A stretch of 64,000 nt of DNA from Squalus acanthias (Eukaryota). The position numbers were made by a program, and so were the translations under genes. Positions 48,447 to 62,059 of this stretch are shown here, in pieces. The stretch's first letter is position 1. Every line of letters starts with the position of its first letter. The notes under the pieces are model-generated. The model was not told the origin of the DNA. It worked only from the letters and a program-made list of their open reading frames with translations, and ran no database searches. Location of the stretch: positions 31,188,001 through 31,252,000 of the forward strand of contig CM059433.1 of the NCBI GenBank assembly GCA_030390025.1, read 5' to 3'.

Positions 48447-48820
48447 TGGGGTGCGGTAGCATAGTGGTTACGCTATTGGACGAGTAATCCAAAGGTCTGG
48501 ACTAATGATCCAGGGTTATGAGTTCAAAATCCCACCATAACAGCTGGGGAATTTAAATTCAGCTAATTAAATAAACCTGGAATAAAAAGCTAATATCAGA
48601 AATGGTGACCATGAAACTACCGGATTGTTGTAAAAACCCATCTGGTTCACTAATGCCCTTTAGGGAAGGAAATCTGCTGTCCTTACCTGGTCTGGTACCT
48701 ACAGCAATGTGGCTGACTCATAACTGCTGTTCAAGAAGGCGGCTCACCACTATCTTCTCAAGGGCAATTTGGGATGGGCAATAAAAGACACCCACATCCC
48801 AATGAATAAAAAATAAATAA
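48447..48820 (+). mobile_element. Second tRNA-derived SINE family whose tail matches the LINE end at 30500-30590
   Basis: A box TAGCATAGTGG, B-box-like GAGTTCAAAATCCC, tail gttcaagaaggcggctcaccac...gggatgggcaataaa; reverse head fragment at about 61720-61865. Confidence 0.72.
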
Positions 48821-49101
48821 AAAGCTGTTGCCTCACCTGTAGGCTCCAGCCTCTTAACCATCAGAAACTTCCTTCTCTGCCACTACAGTCACTGCTGCTC
48901 TTGTTCCTAAGCTCCAAGGGGTAGAGGTTTCTGTGTTGGGCCCAAAATTGTGATGGCAAGGTTACAGTTCAAGGGCTTAATTTTAACAATGGATGCGGGT
49001 TGAGGGCGGGCCCGCTGCTCGGCAGCTTTCAGACCCGCACCCGGCTGCTGCCTCCCAGCACTTCCGATTTTAGCTTCATTGGCCTCGTTACGGCCGGCGT
49101 G

Positions 49102-49249
49102 CGGGTCCCTCCGGGCGGGTCGGGTCCCTCCGGGCGGGTCGGGTCCCTCCGGGCGGGTCGGGTCCCTCCGGGCGGGTCGGGTCCCTCCGGGCGGGTCGGG
49201 TCCCTCCGGGCGGGTCGGGTCCCTCCGGGCGGGTCGGGTCCCTCCGGGC
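49102..49249 (+). repeat. 19-bp perfect GC-rich tandem array (about 7.7 units)
   Basis: gggtccctccgggcgggtc repeated. Confidence 0.95.
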
Positions 49250-49551
49250 AATTGCTTGGAGGATGTCAGTTTCTCGCGTCTGATGACGCGTTGTTTGTTT
49301 AAAAATTTAAAGGGGCCATGTCCCCATTCCATACAAATGTCATTGGGATGGCTTGGTGCTGTATTATCTTGAAAGAGGAGTTGACAGCATCTGTTCTGAG
49401 CAAAATTTGATGAATGATATTGCTGGTCATATTATCCAGAAAGAGATTCATGATTTTTTGATATGACTTTATTATCTGACTATGAAATGAAAAAGATGCA
49501 GATTTGTTCCAATCATTGGCTTAGTGATATTAATGCTTTTTTCTCTTAAAG

Positions 49552-49809
49552 GTGCTGGGAGCTGCAGGAATGACAGCCCCAATAACTAAGGTAGCACCCA
49601 GGTTCAATGAGGGCTCTCTCCATGCTCTTGTTGAGGGAGTTAGAGGACGTCAGGAGCTCCTCTTCCCTGGAAACGGAAGGAGGAGGCCTCCTCAGCAAAC
49701 CAAGGCAGCTTGGCTGCAAATTGCTGAGGACGTGAGCTGGAGGTCTGTGTGCAGACGCACATGGGTCCAGTGTCGAAAAACGTTTAATGATCTGCTGAGA
49801 TCACCTAAA
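49552..49809 (+). pseudogene. Harbinger Myb/SANT-like (NAIF1/MSANTD-type) DNA-binding domain exon
   Basis: Acceptor ttttttctcttaaag; APRFNEGSLHALVEGVRGRQELLF...AAWLQIAEDVS...RTWVQCRKTFNDL is an uninterrupted trihelix domain. Confidence 0.8.
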
Positions 49810-51504
49810 GTGTGGCCTCTCTGTTCTAGGAAATGGAAGTTCAAGAGTGAGGGCTCAGGGCGATATCCATGTAGAATGATGGTGGTGACACTGAACGCTG
49901 TTTATTGGACAGATGATGCCTGGGGTTTGAGACTGTCGGACTTATATTCATCTCCATGTGCCAGCCACCTGCGGTTGAATTGTAAGCTTACGCGAATCTG
50001 GCATGGCTGAGTGCATCCCTTGCCTGACGGCCAGCAATGTGGTCGCCTGCTGCTGGATTGGCCACATCCGGCCCCGCAAGGCGTCACTCTCCATCCTCCT
50101 ACTCATCCTCCTCCTCGTCCTCTTCCTCGTCCTCTTTATCTTCCTCCAAGGAGACTGTGTGCTGAGCCACTTGTTCATCCGGCAGCACTAAACCACGCTG
50201 CTCTTCCTCCAAATCTGATGACCAGGATGAGAGGATGTAAATGGTTCCCATCCTGTTGTTATAGATTTCAGTTGAGGCAAGAAGCTTGCAAGCGCACATT
50301 CAAAGTGGCCTGAAATTATTCCAATCAGTTCAAACAGCAGATGGGTGTCAGCTTGACCAGTCACATGGTCAGTAGGTTTGCAAAATCTTATCCCAAACCC
50401 CTCAACAACAAAGTGGTTGCATTTGAGTGCCAGCCATGTTACAGGAGCGCTTTTAAAGTTCTGCACCAATAATGACTACAGATCATGTCCTCCACTAACT
50501 CGTCTCCTTGCAGCTGGACTGTTTCTGACAAGACAGGAAACAGGAGCCAGAGGCACAAAAATGGGAAACCTCAATCAAAATAGGATTAACAGGCTCTTAA
50601 CTGCCTTAACTACCTGTCCCACCGGTTGAGTCGGATCAGTTTGGGAGCGGCTGAACAGACAGTCACAAAAATCGGGTGGGGGGCGGGATGGAGGCGGGTT
50701 GGGTGTCTGAAGCCATTTTTTCCGATTTCCGCAGCTGACCCACCTCTAAACCCGCCTCCTCAGGCTATTAAAATCGAGCCCCAGGTTTCCGCAAAAATGG
50801 ATTTATATAAATCACAAACGTAAATTCTTTCATGAACCAGCGTAATCGGGCAGCAAAATGAACAAAAGAACATAATCCTTTCTTTTATTTTTCTTTCCAT
50901 TAAAAAATATTCCTTGAGGTATTTAAGAGTGGTAACCTGGTGCAGTTTTATTAATACAACTGAAAATCAGTTGGTCAGCAAAGGTAAGCATTTTTAATCA
51001 GAGTGTCCAGTCCTCCAACTGTGAGTAACCTGATTTCACGTCACTGAAAATCACTTCAAAAAAACCTATACTGAACCATTTAATAATGTCGTCGTACACT
51101 CGTCAGTTTCTTGGTAAATTAACTATTCTTTGATATGAAATAAACGTTTAAAATGTGCCTGTGTGCCTAAGAAAATGAGCGCAATTTGAAAAGCCTTCTC
51201 AAACCAGCACAATCAGTGGAATCTCACAATTCTGACCTGGGAGCGTGGCCAGTTTTGTGGATGGGGCCTGATTCTGGTGAATTGAATCATGAACCAGCGG
51301 AAAAGATTGTGGAAAAACACCAACATGGTTTTGGGCGTAACTCACATACGTTTAGAATTCCTCGATCTTTTGCGTTGGTTCGGCCGATTGGGCTGGAGTT
51401 TGGGCACAAAACCAATGGAAACTTTCCCAGCAAATGTTTCTTCTACTCCCTTGAAATCAAAACGTGTTGCGCTGCCCTCTACTCTAACTTATTGAGATAG
51501 ATAG

Positions 51505-52210
51505 GGCCCAGAAATTCCGTTGGCAGGCGGAGGGCTGCGATCTGGAAAAATCTGCGCCTGGACCGGAGGGCTCCCGGGAGGCGCAGAGTTCCATTGCTGG
51601 GCCTCTCCAAACTGCCGGTGCGCAGGGCCCACGTATCCCAGAGGCGCAGGCGGTTCGCAGCATCCCTGGGATCACGTGGGCCATGGGGAGCCAATCAGGG
51701 AAGACCTGTCAAATATATGAATAGAGATCACCCCCAAAACATAGTAAAACTTTAAATAAATAAAAAAAAAATCACTTTTTAAAATGACTTTAAATTACAA
51801 TAAATTAAGTATTTTAAACAAAAATTTTATTTTTTGAAAAAAATAATTAAAGTTTTTAACGGGGCTAAAAATAAATTTACCTTTCTTTAAAGTATTTTTA
51901 AATGATAAATCAGTGGAAATTTTTTTTTTTTTTTACTTTTTTCAACTCTTATCCTGGTAAAAGCAGGCCTTACGCCTGCTTTTACCAGGCACAAGAATTG
52001 TAAGTGTTTTCTGCGGGCGGAGGGTCTCCAAAAAACGGAACTCTCCACCCGCAGAGGCCCTGCTCCCGGGCAGGCGGAGGATTTGTCAAGAGCTTTCTTG
52101 ACAGATCGGAAATACCGGTTTCCAGCGCATGCCTAAAACCGGCATTTCCGTTGGCCCTACGGGTGAGTACATAGCGCGTACCCACCCGTAGGGATCGGAA
52201 TTTCTGCCTC
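51505..52210 (+). mobile_element. MITE family A copy 3
   Basis: Matches 14743-15493 with small deletions; TSD not clear. Confidence 0.87.
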
Positions 52211-52854
52211 CTGACTTTGGGCAATTGTGTAAAACGGGTGATAGCGAACCGGCAGCCTGTTTTACATCTTGAGATCAGTAAAAAAAAAAAATGGGGAGGG
52301 TTATAAAACAGGCTACTGATTCGCTATCACCCATTTTTACACTATCGCACAAAGTCAAAATCTACCCCATTTATTTCACAGGAGCTTGAACTGTGCAAAC
52401 ACCTTGGTCTTTCGTTCCTCCTACAGCCTATGGCTCTTAAAACCCAAGTTTAGTCTCAACTAACCACTAGTCCTGGATTCACCTAATCTTCTCTACTGCT
52501 TTTTTTGATCTTGGTTGTCAAAAGCGAGCCGTGTCCATGCACATTCTCGTTAAATAAAAAAAGGATAACGTTAAAAGGGATGATTTTTTTGCTTCAGCAC
52601 TCCTGGCTTACACTGCAAGCACATATCAGAACATTGCCCGTATATTCATTTTAAGAGATGGAAAATCACAGGCTTGGGTACTAAATGTCATGATATGCAC
52701 TCACAGCATGGACCAAATGCACAAAATCACAACAAATCGCCCCTTAAAAGTGAAGTCAAGTAGAATTACCATGAGAAGGATGTTATAACTGAGACCTTAT
52801 AGCAAGCATGATGCATATAATAAATCTACTGACCCCATAAAGATTTATTAAGCG

Positions 52855-55800
52855 ACATGACGGAGTGCAGCTTGTAACAGAGTGTAAAGCTGCGAGTTTG
52901 GTGAGTGAGGGAGTTCGGGGAGGGAGGTGTTCCTTTCTATTTCTATCTTTCTCAGCTTCCAGGAGAGCAGGAGTTGAAAAGCTGCACAAGAGGGGACAGA
53001 GAACCAGCAGGAGTTCGCTCTGTGACACCCCCCAACCGCATTTGGAGAAAAATAAAAGGTGACATCACAGGGAAAAGGGTAAGTGATTGATTGGTGAGTA
53101 TTTTGCTCACTTCCCTTATCTTTTAAAGCCCAGGACATGTATTAGTAATTGTAAGGTTTCATTAGTACTAGTTTACTAGCAGTAATAAATCTTATTAGGC
53201 GTAGTAGGGTTTATTAAAAATAAATTAATTAAGACTCAATAAAGATGGCAGGGCAGGTGATGTGTTGCGACTGCAGTATGTGGGAGTTCCTGGACGCTAG
53301 TGTGATCCAGGACGAACACGTCTGCGGTAAGTGTCTGCGGCTTGAGGTGCTTCGGCTCAGAGTTGATGAGCTGGAGGCCGAGCTGCGGACACTGCGATGC
53401 ATCAGGGAGGGGGAAAGTTACCTGGACACTTTATTCCAGGAGGCAGTCACACCCCTTAGGATAGGGTCTTCTGATCTGGTCAGTGGTCAGGGACAGGAGG
53501 ATGTGACTGCGAGTGAGGCAGGTATGGGGACCCAGGAGGTGCAGGAGCCTCAGCCTTTGCAATTGTCCAACAGGTTTGAGGTTCTTGCGGCCTGTATGGA
53601 TGAAAGCGGTGGCTGCACAGTGGATGAGCAAACTAACCATGGCACCGAGGTACAGGAAGCCATTCAAGCGGGGGGAGTTAATAGGAATGTAATGGTAATT
53701 AGGGACAGCATAGTCAGGGGGATAGATACAATTCTCTGCGGCCAAGAGCGAGAGTCCAGACGGCTGTGTTGCCTGCCTGGTACCAGGGTTCGGGACATCT
53801 GCTCTGGGCTGGAGAGGAACTTGCAGTGGAAGGGGAGGAGCCAGTGGTCATGGTCCATGTAGGTAGCAACAACATAGGTAGAACTAGGAAAGAGGTTCTG
53901 CTGAGAGAGTATGAGCAGCTAGGGGCTAAATTAAAAAGCAGAACCTCAAGGGTAATAATGTTTGCATTATTACCTGAGCCATGAGCAAATTGGCAAAGGG
54001 TAAATAAAATTAGAGAGATGAATGCGTGGCTCAAAGACTGGTGTGGGAGAAATGGCTTTCAATTCCTGGGGCACTGGCACCAGTAGTGGGGAAAGTGGGA
54101 TCTGTATCGTTGGGGCAGTCTTCACCTGAACCGTGCTGGGACCAGTGTTCTGGCAAGTCATGTAACTAGGGCAGTGGAGAGGGCTTTAAACTAAATATTG
54201 GGGGCATGGGATCAAATTTGGGAAGATGTGGTAATTCAAAGATTAGAGACAAGGCAATAGAGAAAGGTATTAATATGGGAAATGATAAACAGACCGTGAC
54301 AGAAGGGATAGAGAGTACAAATCTAAGATAAGGCTAGAGGTTATAAAAATAATAAAAGGACAAAACTAAAGGCTCTGCATCTGAATGCACGTAGCATTCG
54401 AAACAAAACAGATGAACTGATAGCGCAAATAGAAATAAATAAATATGATCTGATAGCCATTACAGAAACATGGCTGCAGGATGACATAGATTGGGACCTG
54501 AATATTGAAGGGTACATGACATTTAAGAAGGACAGGAAGGTGGGAAAAGGTGGAGGGGTGGCTCTGTTAATTAATGATGGTATTAGCACAATAGAGAGGG
54601 ATGACCTAAGTTCAGGAAACCAGGATGTAGAAGCGGTTTGGGTAGAGATGAGAAATAATAAAGGCAAGAAGTCACTTGTGGGAGTGGTGTACAGGCCCCC
54701 TAACAGTAAACACATGGTAGGATGGAGTATAAAGGAAGAAATAATGGGAGTTTGTTAGAAGGGTACGGCAATAATCATGGGGGATTTTAATCTGCATATA
54801 GACTGGAAAAATCAGATGGGCAAAGGTAGCATAGATGAGGAGTTCATGGAATGTTTTCGGGATAGTTTCTTACAACAGCACGTTATGGAACCAACCAGAG
54901 AGCAGGCTATACTAGACCTGGTATTGTGCAACGAGATAGGATTAATTAATGACCTCATATTGAAGGCGCCCCTAGGTAGCAGCGATCATAATATGATTGA
55001 ATTTTACATTCAGTTTGAGGGAGAGAAAAGTGGGTCCAAGACTAGTATTTTAAACTTAAATAAGGGCAATTATGAGGGCATGAAAGCAGAGCTAGCTAAA
55101 GTGAACTGGCAAATTAGGTTAAGGGATAGGTCAATAGAGTTGCAATGGTAGACATTTAAGGGATATTTCAAAATACACAGAATATATACATTCCAACAAG
55201 AAAGAAAAATTCCAAGGGGAGGACCCACCATCCGTGGTTAACTAAAAAAGTTAAAGATAGTATTAAACTTAAAGAAAAAGCATATAATTGCGCAAAGATG
55301 AGTGGCAGGTCAGAAGATTGGGCAGAATATAAAAAACAGCAAAGAATGACTAAAAGATTAATAAGGAGAGAAAAATTAGAGGACGAGAGAAAGCTAGCTA
55401 GAAATATAAAAACAGATAGTAAGAGTTTCTATAGATATTTAAAAAAGAAAAGAGTTAACAAAGTTAGTGTTGGTCCCATAAAAAGTGAGTCTGGGGAATT
55501 AATAATGGAAAATAAGGAGATGGCAGTTGAATTGAACAGGTATTTTGCATCGGTCTTCACTATAGAGGATACAAGTAACATCCCAGAAATAGCTGTAAAT
55601 CAGGAAATGGAAGAGAGGGAGGAACTCAAGAAAATTATAATCACCAGGGAAGTAGTACTGAGCAAATTGTTGGAGCTGCGGGCTGATGGACTTCATCCTA
55701 GGGTCTTAAAAGAAGTGGCTGGTGAGATAGTTGATGCGTTGGTTTTAATTTTCCAAAATTCCCTAGATTCGGGGAAGGTTCCATTAGATTGGAAAATAGC

Positions 55801-57601
55801 GAATGTAACTCCTTTATTCAAAAAGGGAGGGAATCAGAAAGCAGGAAACTACAGGCCAGTTAGCTTAACATCTGTCATAGGGAAGATGTTAGAAGCTATT
55901 ATTAAAGACGTTATAGCAGGGCACTTAGAAAAGTTCAAAGTAATCAGGCAGAGTCAACATGGTTTTGTGCAAGGGAAATCATGTTTAACCAATTTATTGG
56001 AGTTCTTTGAGGAAGTAACATGTGCTGTGGATAAAGGGGAACCAGTGGATGTACTGTACTTGGATTTCCAGAAGGCATTTGATAAGGTGCCACATCAAAG
56101 GTTATTGCGGAAAATAAAAGCTCATAGTGTAGGGGGTAACATATTGGCATGGATAGAAGATTGGTTAGCTAACAGGAAACAGAGAGTAGGCATAAATGGG
56201 TAATTTTCTGATTGGCAAGATGTAACGAGTGGTGTGCCACAGGGATCAGTGCTAGGGCCTCAACTTTTTACAATTTATATAAATGACTTGGATGAAGGGA
56301 TGAAGGTATGGTTGCTAAATTTGCTGATGACACAAAGATAGGTAGGAAAGTAAATTGTGAAGAGGACATAAGGAGGCTACAAAGGGATATACAGGAAACT
56401 CTCGTTTAAACGGCACCTAAATATCCGGAATTCTCTAATAACCAGCAGAATTCATACTCTGAAAACTACAGTATACAGTCGTTTATAAGTTTTGTTTTAC
56501 TGTTAAGTAATTAAATAGTTATGGATTACCCTCAACTGGCATTACTGTACTTAATCAAGCATCTTCCACCATCCATTTAACACAACATTCTGTAGGGGAG
56601 TACCCAATTATACTGCACATTTCTTGATTTTTTTATTTTTGTTTGTTAAAAATAGCCTCGGTAGATATACCTCTCCGTTATCCGGAATTTTTAATCAACC
56701 AGCACCATCCCGGTCCCGTCGGTGCCGGATATGAAAGAGTTTCCTGTAGATAGGTTAAGTGAGTGGGAAAAGATCTGGCAAATGGAGTATAATGTGGGAA
56801 AATGTGAAGTTGTCCATATTGGCAGGAAGAATAAAAAAGAAGCATATTATCTAAATGGTGAGAGATTGCAGAGCTCTGAGATGCAGAGGGATCTGGGTGT
56901 CCTCGTGCATGAATTGCAAAAGGGTACTATGCAGGTACAGCAAGTAATTAGGAAAGCTAATAGAATGTTATCGTTTATTGCAAGGGGAATTGAATACAAA
57001 AGTAGGGAGATTATGCTTCAGTTATACAGGGCATTGGTGAGACCACATCTGGAGTACTGTGTACAGTATTGGTCTCCTTATTTAAGGAAGGATGTAAATG
57101 CGTTGGAAGCAGTTCAGCGAAGGTTTACTAGACTAATACCTGGAAAGGGCGGGTTGTCTTATGAGGAAAGGTTGGACAGGCTAGGCTTGTATCTGCTAGA
57201 GTTTAGAAGAATAAGAGGTGACTTGATTGAAACATATAAGATCCTGAGGGTTCTGAACAGGGTAGATGTGGAGAGGATGTTTCCTCTTGTGGGAGAATCT
57301 AGAACTAGGGGTCACTGTTTAAAAATAAGGGGTCGCCCATTTAAGACAGAGATGAGGAGAAACTTTTTCTCTCAGAGGGTTGTGAGTCTTTGGAACTCTC
57401 TTCCTCAGAGGGCGGTGGAAGCAGAGTCTTTGAATATTTTTAAGACAGAGGTAGATAGATTCTTGGCAAGCAAGGGGGTGAAAAGTTATCGGGGGTAGGC
57501 AGGAATGTGGGGTAATCGGATCAGCCATGATCTTATTGAATGGCAGAGCAGGCTCGAAGGGCCGAGTGGCCTACTCCTGCTTCTAATTCATATGTTCGTA
57601 T
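52855..57601 (+). mobile_element. Near full-length decayed CR1 LINE (ORF1 about 53245-54194; ORF2 about 54340-57498)
   Basis: ORF1 has CxxC..CxxC, a coiled coil and an esterase-like region. ORF2 motifs LNARS, ITETW, MGDFN, SDHN, NYRPVSLTS, YLDFQKAFDKV, FADDTK. Several stops and frameshifts. Confidence 0.95.
56392..56746 (-). mobile_element. Tc1/mariner-type MITE family D inside CR1 ORF2
   Basis: TIRs CAGGAAACTCT / AGAGTTTCCTG, TSD TA; CR1 rejoins as caaagggatata|gataggtta. Confidence 0.88.
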
Positions 57602-57617
57602 CTCCGTAACATACATC

Positions 57618-57781
57618 CAATGTTCCCCCTAATTTTATTATAGGGTGCGTGGCCCCTTTAAGGGGCTGCATGGCCCATTCACAGTTTGGCGAATGCCCGA
57701 AATTTAACATGGGAAAAGCCGGTCCCGGACTGCGCGGGACCAGCAGAGAGCTGTGCGGCCGCGTGCTTAGAGGGAACGTTG
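57618..57781. mobile_element. hAT-type MITE (164 bp)
   Basis: TIRs caatgttccccctaa / ttagagggaacgttg; 8-bp TSD catacatc / catacctc. Confidence 0.78.
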
Positions 57782-59147
57782 CATACCTCAATTCAGCACT
57801 AAAATTATTTGTATAATAATGTAAGTCACACACCATCCTGACTTGGAAATATATCGCTGTTCCTTCATCGTCGCTGGGTCAAAATCTTGGAACTCCCTCC
57901 CTAACAGCACTGTGGGAGTACCTTCACCACACAGACCGCAGCGGGTCAAGTAGAAGGCGGCTCACCACCACCTTCTCAAGGGCAACTAGGGATGGGCAAT
58001 AAATCCTGGCCTTGCCAGTGACGCCCACATCCTGAGAATGAATAAAAAACAAACTTGAATGCCTGAAATTCATTAATTATTTTTTAATTTCCATTCACGG
58101 CTTGTTTAAGTATTTTGCAACATAACCTACTGAGAAAAAAGAACTAATGACAAATATCACAAGGAGTGATAAAATGTGGAACGTAGCTGAAATAAAGGAA
58201 TTCTACATTTCTCGAACAGTACCTTAACCCTTATGACATCACAACATACCTAGGGCATGCGCGTCAACAACAAAATTGTTGACATGCTAAAAAGGAAACA
58301 AAGAACTTAATTGGGAAAGATAAATAAAGTAAACCATGAATGCTGGAAATCTGAACTAAAACTAAAATATGGCTGGAAAAAAAGTTCAGTCAGCACCTGA
58401 ACACCCTCAGCACTCCAATGATAGGTTAACATTTTGGATCACCCTTCATGAATCAGGTCTGGGGCAAGGGTTTAGGTGGCCAAAGTAAGCCGAACTATCT
58501 CACCCAGCATTCAAAAAAGGCATTAACCCACCCCCACTTCCTCTCTGCACAAGACCTTGAGGTGCAATAGTTGATGGGTAAGGGTTGGAGTTACATAGGA
58601 ACAGGTAACCAAATGATTAGTGCGGTGAGTCATCGATGCAGAGTGTAGGGAGGAGATGGGGCGATGCCTGGATAGGTCAGGCAGTCTTATAACACCTTCC
58701 ACACTCCTAGCAGGCAGATGCGCTATATCACGCAGGGGATCACCAATAACTAACAGTCAGGCAGCACAATGTAGCACACTGAAGGGAACAACAAGGCTCC
58801 CCACACAAAATAAAGCCTCTGAAACATTAGTTGGCCAAGTATCAAGATGTAAAGCATCTCAGTCACTCAATTAACAGGATTTGCTTTGAAAGAGAGTGAT
58901 TTTTACAAGTGCAAACAGCCAAGGCATTCCTACAGGATACCCAACGTCACCCCGCTGAGCATTCTGAACTCACCCACGACTGAGTGGCCAAACCCTGACC
59001 TCTTCCTCATCCAGAAGTCGAGGTGTGGCAACGTAAACTACAAGCACTTCCCCAACAACCTACGGAGGGCTGCCCCAGGAAAAGATTCCTGTTCCATTCT
59101 GGGACAAGCATGGCTGCTCTCAGAAGCTACATCTACCATTATAGATT

Positions 59148-59908
59148 GGCCCATATTTTCCGATTCCTACGGGTGTGTGTACGGGCTGTGTACACACCCG
59201 TAGGGACATCGGAAATGCCGGTTTGAGGCATGCGAAGCGCGTGCGCTGAAAACCGGCATTTCCGATCTGGCAAGAATGCTCTTGACAGATCGGACGCCTG
59301 CCCTGGAGAAGGGCCTCTGCGGGGGGAGAGTTCAGCTTTCTGCAGAACCTCCGCCCACTGAAAACCCTTAGAAATCGTACGCCTGGTAAAAGCAGCATAA
59401 GGCCTGCTTTTACCAGCATAAGAGTTGAAAAAAGTAAAAAAAAAAAAATTTTTCACTCATTTATAATTTTAAAATACTTTTAAAAAGGTAAGTTTTTTTT
59501 AGCCCTGTAAAAAACTTTAATTATTTTTTCAAAAAATTAATTTTTTGTTTAAAATATTTAATTTAATGTAATTTTAACTCATTTTAAAAACGTGATGGTT
59601 TAAAAAAAAATTATTTGATGTTTTAGTGTCTTTTTGGGGTGATCTCCATTCATATATTTGACAGGTCTATCTGTCAAATGTATGAAGGGAGATTCCCTTC
59701 TCCTATTGGCTGGCCTGGCCCACGTGATCCCAGGGACGCTTGCGAACCGCCTGCGCCCCTGGGATACCGTGGGCCCTGTGCATTTTGACTTTGGATCGGC
59801 CCAGGAGCGGAAGTGTCCGGACCTCGGGAACCCTCAGGTAAGTTCGTAGATTTTTTTCCGATATGAGGCATCCGCACGCAGGAAGCCTCCTATCGGAAAT
59901 TACGGGCC
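59148..59908 (-). mobile_element. MITE family A variant, copy 4
   Basis: Colinear with 26280-27039 except about the last 130 bp; TSD ATT. Confidence 0.87.
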
Positions 59909-61024
59909 ATTATATTTGGGTATATTGATTTAATTCGCGTGATGTCACCTTGGTGCTTACAGACCTTATCCCAACCAACCCTGCCACCCACCCCCCACCC
60001 CCGCAAATCAAGCTAGATCCCAACTTCCAGACCTCAGCTCTGCTCAGTACATCCACTAACCCCAGGGTACGATGATACTCCATGCAGGCTCCTATTACTC
60101 TTGATCACTCCCACACGCCAACTGCATACCCCTAGTGCTCCCTGGCCTCTTCCCTCCGCGGCCACCCCCCATTTCCGTAGGAGAGACCTACAGATAGGAC
60201 AGAAAGTCAAACACTGACAGATATAGGGATCACAATGAGAGGCATGTATGGCCGTCATGGAGAGAAAGGAGGAAAAAAAGAGCAGGGGACTGAAAGACAC
60301 AGACAGGATCACACAAGGAGAATTAAAAAGTGGAAAAGCAGAGACAGTTACAGAAAAAGATACATTTTGTCCATGAGAAAAGCCACAGGAGATCAACTAG
60401 AAATTTGAAAAAATGATTATTAGTATAGTAATAAAAATAGTTCTATAGATATAATACCATGAATTTTAAAAAGATGCTATTCAACAATCAAACCTACTTA
60501 AAAACATATGGGAACTGGCAAATCTCCAAGGAAGTGATCTTATCAAGGTTTCAGTTCCTTGCCTAACATTAATGGAGCTTCAGCTGAAAAAGGTTTGTAA
60601 TAACGAGGTTTGAGGATATAGTGACAAAGCACATTCAGCAAAAGTGGTTCAAATCTCTGGGAAAAGATCCAACATGTTTTATTCATTGCTCAGGAGTTAT
60701 CGGTCAGTTTCTGTGGCAGAGATATTTATCATGCTTGCGTGCTGGCAATGACATTTCCATATATACACAAATACACGTACACAGATAAATTTTTAAAAGG
60801 GAAGACAGTACAACTGGACTCCGCAGAACTGGTTGCAAGCAAATAGGATGGGAGAAGGAAATCTTGCCTTTACATTCTCGTAATGTGCAACATTTCAGCA
60901 TTGCAGTTTTTAAGCTTCAAGCATTATCAGGTTGTAACATCTCTACAAGGGTAAACATTTACAGCATACTCCTTTCAGCTACAGAAGTATTTGTGCACAG
61001 TACTGTTTACAGTGATTTAAAATC

Positions 61025-61690
61025 TTTAGAATCATAAAATCTTACAGCACAGAAGGAGGCCGTTTGGCCCATCATGCCTGTGCCGGGTCTATGAAAGAGC
61101 TCTTCAATTAATTCCACTGCCGCCCCCCCCCCCACCCCCCGCCTGCTCTTTCCCCATAACCCTGGATTTTTTTCTTTTTCAAGCATATATCCAATTACCT
61201 TTGGAAAGATACTATTGAACCTGCTTCCACCACCCTTTCAGGCCGTGCATTACAACAACAACAACAACTTGCGTATATATAGCAGCTTGAACGTCCCAAG
61301 GCGCTTCACAGGAGCGTTATCATTCGCCATTTAACACCGAGCCACAAAAGGACGTATTAGGACAGGCGAAGAGATGGTTTTAAAGAGCGTCTTAAAGGAG
61401 GAGAAAGAGGCAGAGAGGTTTAGGGAGGGAATTCCAGAGCTTAGGGCCTAGGCAACTGAAGGCACAACCACCAATGGAGGGGCGAAGGAAATCGGGGCTA
61501 TAACAGAGGCCAGAATTGGAGGAACGCAGAGTTTTTAGAGGGTTGCAGGGCTGGAGAAGGTTATGGAGATAGGGAGGGATGAGGCCATGGAGGGATTTGA
61601 ACACAAGGATGAGAATTTTAAATTGAGGCGTTGCTGGACTGGGAGCCAGTGTAGGTCAGCGAGCACAGGGGTAATGGGTGAATGGGACAT
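61025..61690 (-). mobile_element. Adjacent CR1 tail (about 61025-61250) and L2 3' end (about 61252-61690)
   Basis: CR1 tail similar to 11026-11230; L2 peptide FKSLHGLIPPYLHNLLQP with a (caa)n tail. Confidence 0.8.
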
Positions 61691-62059
61691 AAAAGGCATT
61701 AGTTAACCATTTGGGATTTTAGGACAATCCTACAGTTCAATTTTACTGATACCAGTTTTTTATTTCCAGATTTTTAGGAATAGAATTTCAATTCTCAAAC
61801 TGCCATGGTGGGCTCTATTCTATGGATTAGTAGTCCAGTAACACGACCACTAGGCTATCATACCCTCAAGGCTGACCAGTGGTGTGTTGGACTCTAAATC
61901 CCAGAGCCTGAGATGAAATTCCAAACTGAAATGTCTAAATGTGGGAATTCTTGAGCCCATCCATCTAAACAGCCATATATAGAACCCATTGACTCTTATC
62001 TTTCAAATTTCTGTCATGTTTAAGAATCTTTAACTATTTTGTCATGGAAGGAGGGGCAG

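Larger units (their letters stand above)
48973..50781. mobile_element. PIF/Harbinger transposon deletion derivative
   Basis: Ends gggcttaattttaa / ttaaaatcgagccc; contains a Myb/SANT exon (+) and an acidic transposase-like C-terminus QRGLVLPDEQ...EEDKEDEEEDEEEDE (-, about 50020-50205). Confidence 0.75.

Noticed and set aside
48907..49372. Pro/Gly/Arg-rich ORFs
   Set aside because: Translations of the 19-bp tandem array.
55298..57498. Long ORFs (301 and 258 aa) as an active retrotransposon or host gene
   Set aside because: Fragments of CR1 ORF2 broken by stops, frameshifts and a MITE insertion.
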